From contig JBMNHG010000002.1 in NCBI GenBank assembly GCA_050950285.1, positions 504,654 to 568,653 on the forward strand: a stretch of DNA of 64,000 nucleotides, written 5' to 3'. The notes beneath the pieces were generated by a model. It did no database searches. It had not been told where the DNA came from and saw only the letters and a list, made by a program, of their open reading frames with translations. Shown here one piece after another: positions 62,285 to 64,000 of the stretch (positions are counted from its first letter, which is position 1; every line of letters starts with the position of its first letter). A program made the position numbers and the translations under genes. This DNA is from Kiritimatiellia bacterium (lineage in GTDB: Bacteria > Verrucomicrobiota > Kiritimatiellia > RFP12 > JBMNHG01).

Positions 62285-63649
62285 TTACAAGCCCAGCAGC
62301 AGCTTGGCCGTCATGAAATAGACCACCAGGCCCAACGCGTCCACCACGGTCGTGATCAGCGGGGCGGCCATGAGCGCGGGATCCATGCGCAGCTTGTCGG
62401 CCAGCAGCGGGAGCAGCCCGCCCAGCAGCTTGCTGAGCACCACGATGGCCGAGAGCGCCACCACCACGGTAATGGCCAGCAGCAGGCCGCCGTCCTGCAT
62501 GGTGATCACGCGGCCGAAGGTGAGCAGCCCAAGCCCTATGCTGACCAGCAGGCTCACGCCCAGCTCCTTCCACAGCACCTTGCCGGCGTCCCGGATCGCG
62601 ATGTCGCCCATGGCCAGGCCTCGGATGATCAGCGTGCTGGACTGCGAGCCGGCGTTGCCGCCGGTGTCGGTCAGCATCGGGATGAAGGTGACCAGCAGCG
62701 GAACGGCCATGAAAATCTTCTCGAACCCGCCCAGGATCACGCCGTTGATCATGCCGGATACCAGCAGCAGCAGGAGCCAGGGCAGCCGGTTGCGCGCATG
62801 GCGGGCGACCGGCGTCTCCATGTAGGACGCCTCGCTGGGGTGCATGGCGGCCATCAGTTCCACGTCCTGGGTGGCCTGCCGGTCGGCCAGATCGAGCACG
62901 TCCTCCAGCGTCACCACGCCCACCAGGCGGTTTTCGGTGTCCACCACTGGCATGGCGTGCAAGTCGTAGTGGCGGAAGAGCGCGATGACCTCGTCGGTGT
63001 TCTCGTCCGTGTTCACCTTGGGCGTGGTCTTGCCGATCAGTTCCTGCAGCAACAGGCCGTCGTCCGCCGTCAGCAGGTCGTACAGGCTGGCGTCGCCCAG
63101 GAGGCGGCGCTGCCGGTCGGTGATGTAGAGCACATGGTCCATCGCCAGCTTGCGCGGCGCGGCACGGATGGCGGCGACGGTTTCTCCCACGGTGCTGTCG
63201 TAGGGGAAGTGCATCAGCTCCGTGGTCATCACGGATCCGGCCGAACCGTCCTTGAACTGCAAGAAGCGGTTCAGCTGCGCGCGCATGTCCGGCGTGCTGT
63301 TCTGCAGGATGTGCTTGACGGCGTTGGCGGGCAGCTCCTCCAGAAAGTCGACCGCCTCGTCCACGTAGAGCGACTCCAGCAGCGCCACCGTTTCCGCATC
63401 CGAAAACGACTGGACCAGCGTCTGTTGCGCCGAGCTTCCCAGCAGTGCGAAGGTCTCGGCGGCCTCGTCCTTGGGCAGCAGCCGGAAGAGCAGCGCCGCA
63501 TCCCCGGCGTCCAGATTCCGCAGCAGCTGCGAGATGTCCGCCGGATGCATCTCCTGCAGCATGTCGCGCAGCGACTTGAAATCACGGGAAGCCAGGGCCG
63601 CATGCGTGCGCTCCAGCCACAGCTGTTTGTTGATTTCCCAGGTATACAT
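62285..63649 (-). CDS. mgtE: Magnesium transporter MgtE
   Basis: N-terminal MgtE-N domain + 2x CBS + C-terminal 5-TM MgtE domain (PMLTDTGGNAGSQSSTLIIRGLAMGDI). Start MYTWEINKQ (complement 63647-63649). Confidence 0.85.
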   Translation of the reverse strand: MYTWEINKQLWLERTHAALASRDFKSLRDMLQEMHPADISQLLRNLDAGDAALLFRLLPKDEAAETFALLGSSAQQTLVQSFSDAETVALLESLYVDEAVDFLEELPANAVKHILQNSTPDMRAQLNRFLQFKDGSAGSVMTTELMHFPYDSTVGETVAAIRAAPRKLAMDHVLYITDRQRRLLGDASLYDLLTADDGLLLQELIGKTTPKVNTDENTDEVIALFRHYDLHAMPVVDTENRLVGVVTLEDVLDLADRQATQDVELMAAMHPSEASYMETPVARHARNRLPWLLLLLVSGMINGVILGGFEKIFMAVPLLVTFIPMLTDTGGNAGSQSSTLIIRGLAMGDIAIRDAGKVLWKELGVSLLVSIGLGLLTFGRVITMQDGGLLLAITVVVALSAIVVLSKLLGGLLPLLADKLRMDPALMAAPLITTVVDALGLVVYFMTAKLLLGL

Positions 63650-63820
63650 GGTGATCCGAAGAAGGTATGCAACCCGCCGCCACGCGTGAAGGATAGCGTT
63701 GGGACGGAGTTTGCCGGGGTTGTTGGTGAAGTGCGGTTTCGGTTCCGACACGCCTTGGCGCGAAACCCGAATCGTGTGAGACGCAGGAGAAAGATTTTCC
63801 GGAAAAGGGGCCGATCGCCC

Positions 63821-63840
63821 GGACGGACGGACGGACGGAC
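63821..63840. repeat. (GGAC)5 tetranucleotide microsatellite in the mgtE upstream region
   Basis: GGACGGACGGACGGACGGAC, ~170 bp upstream of the mgtE start codon. Confidence 0.9.
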
Positions 63841-64000
63841 GCCGCTGTCCGCCCTGGCGCGGATGCCCTCGACCCCTGTCGGCAACCGGCGCCAGGACGC
63901 GGGCCGACACCTCGATGCAACCCGGCGTGCCGTGCGTATGCGGCGGAAAAACGGCATGCCGCGCGATCGCCTCGCCACCGCCGCCGGCGAGCCTGCCGGA

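Overview
High-GC (~68%) bacterial chromosome segment; the gene content (LamG and parallel beta-helix giant proteins, autotransporter-associated beta-strand repeats, GH71, FGE domains, Tat system) suggests a PVC-group organism (Verrucomicrobia/Lentisphaerae/Kiritimatiellae-like), but this is inference. The window holds housekeeping genes (partial purine nucleoside phosphorylase, tsaB, tatA, tatC, ligA, htpX, cysD, a DapA-family lyase, fba, mgtE), a GH71-centred polysaccharide-degradation cluster, and two clusters of giant signal-peptide-bearing surface proteins (15.1-38.0 kb and 53.4-59.1 kb). The most striking observation is that eight of these giant secreted proteins end in the same very short C-terminal tail, [G/A]-T followed by 3-4 hydrophobic residues and a terminal Arg (GTVFLLR x2, ATLIMLR, GTLFFLR, GTVQFR, GTLILLR, GTILFVR, GTLLLLR). 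It is too short to be a PEP-CTERM or LPXTG anchor, and I cannot match it to any sorting signal I know; it looks like a candidate new C-terminal sorting or processing tag. Other notable features: a 150-bp MITE with TA target-site duplication present in two inverted copies, with a matching empty site elsewhere in the window; a 1.8-kaa VWA/TM/DUF4159 fusion protein carrying 4.5 near-identical 321-bp tandem repeats; a glycine-rich (GGGG-type) ~300-aa module reused in two proteins; ~260-bp near-identical direct repeats at the 3' ends of two tandem paralogs; a family of six CGGCGCGCCGC palindromic bidirectional terminators; a tatA-tatC-Tat-substrate operon; several frameshift-disrupted giant genes; and a low-GC island with mobile-element debris at 55.0-56.6 kb. 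Many long antisense ORFs in the six-frame track are high-GC artefacts and were rejected.
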